From an uncultured Janthinobacterium sp. (GTDB taxonomy: Bacteria; Vulcanimicrobiota; Vulcanimicrobiia; Vulcanimicrobiales; Vulcanimicrobiaceae), in assembly GCA_964658025.1 (NCBI GenBank), contig CAZZXB010000038.1, forward strand, positions 1 through 19,837: a stretch of 19,837 nt of DNA, in the 5' to 3' direction. Below the pieces are notes generated by a model. The model was not told the origin of the DNA and ran no database searches. It saw nothing but the letters and a program-made list of their open reading frames with translations. Shown piece by piece: positions 17,999-19,837 of this stretch (position 1 is the first letter of the stretch; every line of letters starts with the position of its first letter). The position numbers were made by a program, and so were the translations under genes.

Positions 17999-19000
17999 AT
18001 GGCGAAGACGCCGAAGATCGCGCTCCTCTTACGGCTCCTCGCCGCGATCGACGAAGGAAAACACTCGCTCGAGTCGCTCAAAACGCGCCTCGATGCCGAG
18101 GCGCCGCCGAGCACGCGCAGCATCCGGCGCTATCTGGCGACGCTCTCCGAAGCGGGATTTCCGTGGCGGTACGATCGCGAATCGAATTCCTACGGGTTCG
18201 AGGCCGGCTATTCGTTACGGCGTCTCGAGCTCTCGAACGACGAGCTCTTCGGGCTACTCGCGCTCCGCGGCATCGCGACCTCGCTCGGGGGAAACATCGG
18301 TGCCTCGATGGACGAAGTCGCCGAGAAACTCACGGGCGTCGCGGGCTCGCGAGCGCTCGCCGGAAAAAAATCCGCGGTGCGCCTGCACGTCGCCTCACCC
18401 CATCTCGAAGGCGAGCCGAGCAAGAGTTTCGACACGCTGCAGAAGGCGCAACAGGAACGTCAGAGCGTCCGCTTCGCCTACGTCGACAAGGCGGGAAGAG
18501 CGTCGCAACGTCACGTCGACGTGTACGGATTCGTCGTCTCGGGCGGCCGTTTCTACGCGGTCGCGCACGACCGCGGTCGCGGCGCGAAACGCGTCTTCGC
18601 CGTCGATAACGTCTCCGACGCGCGGATCGCGCCGCAACGGTATTCGATCCCCGACGATTTCGACATCGAGGGGTTCGCCGCGCGCTCCGTGAGCGGCATC
18701 ATGCACGCCGACGCGGCGACGCGCGTGACGGTGCGTTTCTCCGCGGTCGTCGCGCGCGCCGCACGCGCCGATCGCGTCGTGAGCGAGCGGACGATCGTCG
18801 ACCGCGACGACGGCGACCTCGAGATCGCGTACGTCGTCGCGGATCCGGACGAATTCGTGCGCTGGGCGCTCAAATGGGGCGCGGAGGCCGAGATCGTCGC
18901 GCCACCGGCGGTCCGAGCGGCCGCGGCCGACGTCGCGCGGCGGATCGTGGCCCGCTACGAGACCGCGGGCACGACCGTCGCGGACCACGTGCGGACGTGA
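17999..19000 (+). CDS. HTH-WYL-WCX transcriptional regulator (PafB/PafC/DriD-like), 333 aa
   Basis: N-terminal wHTH (STRSIRRYLATLSEAGFP), WYL domain (VRFAY...RHVDVYGF...FYAVAHD...RVFAVDNV...PDDFD), WCX (FVRWALKWGAEAEIVAPPAVR). ATG at 17999 has no SD. Confidence 0.9.
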   Translation: MAKTPKIALLLRLLAAIDEGKHSLESLKTRLDAEAPPSTRSIRRYLATLSEAGFPWRYDRESNSYGFEAGYSLRRLELSNDELFGLLALRGIATSLGGNIGASMDEVAEKLTGVAGSRALAGKKSAVRLHVASPHLEGEPSKSFDTLQKAQQERQSVRFAYVDKAGRASQRHVDVYGFVVSGGRFYAVAHDRGRGAKRVFAVDNVSDARIAPQRYSIPDDFDIEGFAARSVSGIMHADAATRVTVRFSAVVARAARADRVVSERTIVDRDDGDLEIAYVVADPDEFVRWALKWGAEAEIVAPPAVRAAAADVARRIVARYETAGTTVADHVRT

Positions 19001-19022
19001 CCGATCGATGCGCTCGCGCGTC
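18997..19022 (+). promoter_or_regulatory. Candidate ECF-type promoter GTGACC-N16-CGTC upstream of the sigma gene
   Basis: The 16-nt spacing and CGTC -10 element resemble ECF promoters; ECF genes are often autoregulated. Confidence 0.35.
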
Positions 19023-19072
19023 GTAACGACGTGGCGAAGACGGCGGCTCGTTCGGTTCGGTGCGCGTGAGGC

Positions 19073-19657
19073 GTGGAAGACGATCGCGATCTCGTCGTTC
19101 GGGCCCGTCGCGGCGAACGTGGCGCGAGCGAACGACTCTTCGCGCGCTACGGCGATCTCGCATACACGACCGCCTGGCGGCTCGTCGGCGACGCGGCGGA
19201 AGCGGAAGATCTCGCGCAGGAGGCGCTCTTTCGCGCGCATCTGCGCCTGCGCGAATTGCGCGACGGAGCGCAGTTCGGACCGTGGTTGCGTCGGATCGCG
19301 GCGAACCTCGCGGTCTCGCGCCTGCGTCGTCGCGGACGCCTGCGCTTCGAGTCGCTCGACGAACCGACGGAAAATCCCGAGGGGCGCAAACGCGCGCGCG
19401 ATTTCGTCGACGAACGTCAGGGGTCGGCGGAAGACGGCGCGCTCGCGCTCTTGGAACGCGAGGACGTGCAAGGGCTACTCGCGCGCTTGCCGCTCGAACA
19501 ACGCGTCGCCGTCGTCCTGCGCGACATGTACGACTACGACATCGCCGAAGTCGCGGCGCTCGTGCGTTGCGGCCTGTCGGCCGCGAAGATGCGCGTGAGT
19601 CGCGGCCGCGCGGCGTTGCGCGAACTCATCGCGAGACGGAGCGTCGAAAGCATATGA
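19073..19657 (+). CDS. ECF sigma-70 factor
   Basis: Region 2 AEAEDLAQEALFRAH..FGPWLRRIAAN; region 4 LARLPLEQRVAVVLRD..IAEVA..AAKMRVSRGRAALRE. Confidence 0.92.
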   Translation: MEDDRDLVVRARRGERGASERLFARYGDLAYTTAWRLVGDAAEAEDLAQEALFRAHLRLRELRDGAQFGPWLRRIAANLAVSRLRRRGRLRFESLDEPTENPEGRKRARDFVDERQGSAEDGALALLEREDVQGLLARLPLEQRVAVVLRDMYDYDIAEVAALVRCGLSAAKMRVSRGRAALRELIARRSVESI

Positions 19658-19837
19658 TATCGGATCGGAGCGGGCGCGGTCCCGACGAGCACGTGGACGA
19701 ACGCGAGGCCATCGACGGCGCGCCGCTCGATCCCGAGGTCGCGCGCCATCTCGAAACCTGCCCCGCGTGCGCGGCACGATACGCGGCGCTCCTGGACGTC
19801 CGGCGTTTCGTCGCGAGCGCGGCGAGCGAGGAAAGAT
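19654..19837 (+). CDS. Zinc-binding anti-sigma factor (ZAS/zf-HC2), 3'-truncated (not in ORF track)
   Basis: ATG overlaps the sigma stop (ATGA). MISDRSGRGPDEHVDEREAIDGAPLDPEVARHLETCPACAARY contains HxxxCxxC. Confidence 0.85.
   Translation, partial: MISDRSGRGPDEHVDEREAIDGAPLDPEVARHLETCPACAARYAALLDVRRFVASAASEER

Noticed and set aside
14638..19000. Known defence system (BREX, DISARM, Zorya) suggested by Snf2 plus WYL
   Set aside because: No methylase, PglZ, nuclease, DrmA/B or ZorA/B genes, no compositional shift and no mobility genes.

Overview
GC-rich (roughly 70%), strongly CpG-biased bacterial chromosomal window made mostly of core genes; the style suggests a Terrabacteria lineage such as Ca. 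Eremiobacterota (inference only). Left end: a 5'-truncated DUF4127-like gene. Next is a minus-strand propionyl-/acyl-CoA metabolism region: sufT-like, carboxyltransferase beta (pccB), fabI, a tiny epsilon-like subunit, biotin carboxylase-BCCP, a membrane protein and a secreted prolyl oligopeptidase. A split methylmalonyl-CoA mutase large subunit and the epimerase follow, with an orphan RsbW-like kinase divergent from the mutase. Right half (+ strand): clpC, a SWIM-Snf2 ATPase, an HTH-WYL-WCX regulator, an ECF sigma factor and a truncated zinc anti-sigma. The most interesting signal is a 39-aa ORF missing from the ORF track, with a perfect SD and genome-typical codons, divergent from a WYL regulator whose ligand-binding motif is non-canonical. 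No rRNA, tRNA, CRISPR array or mobile element was recognised.
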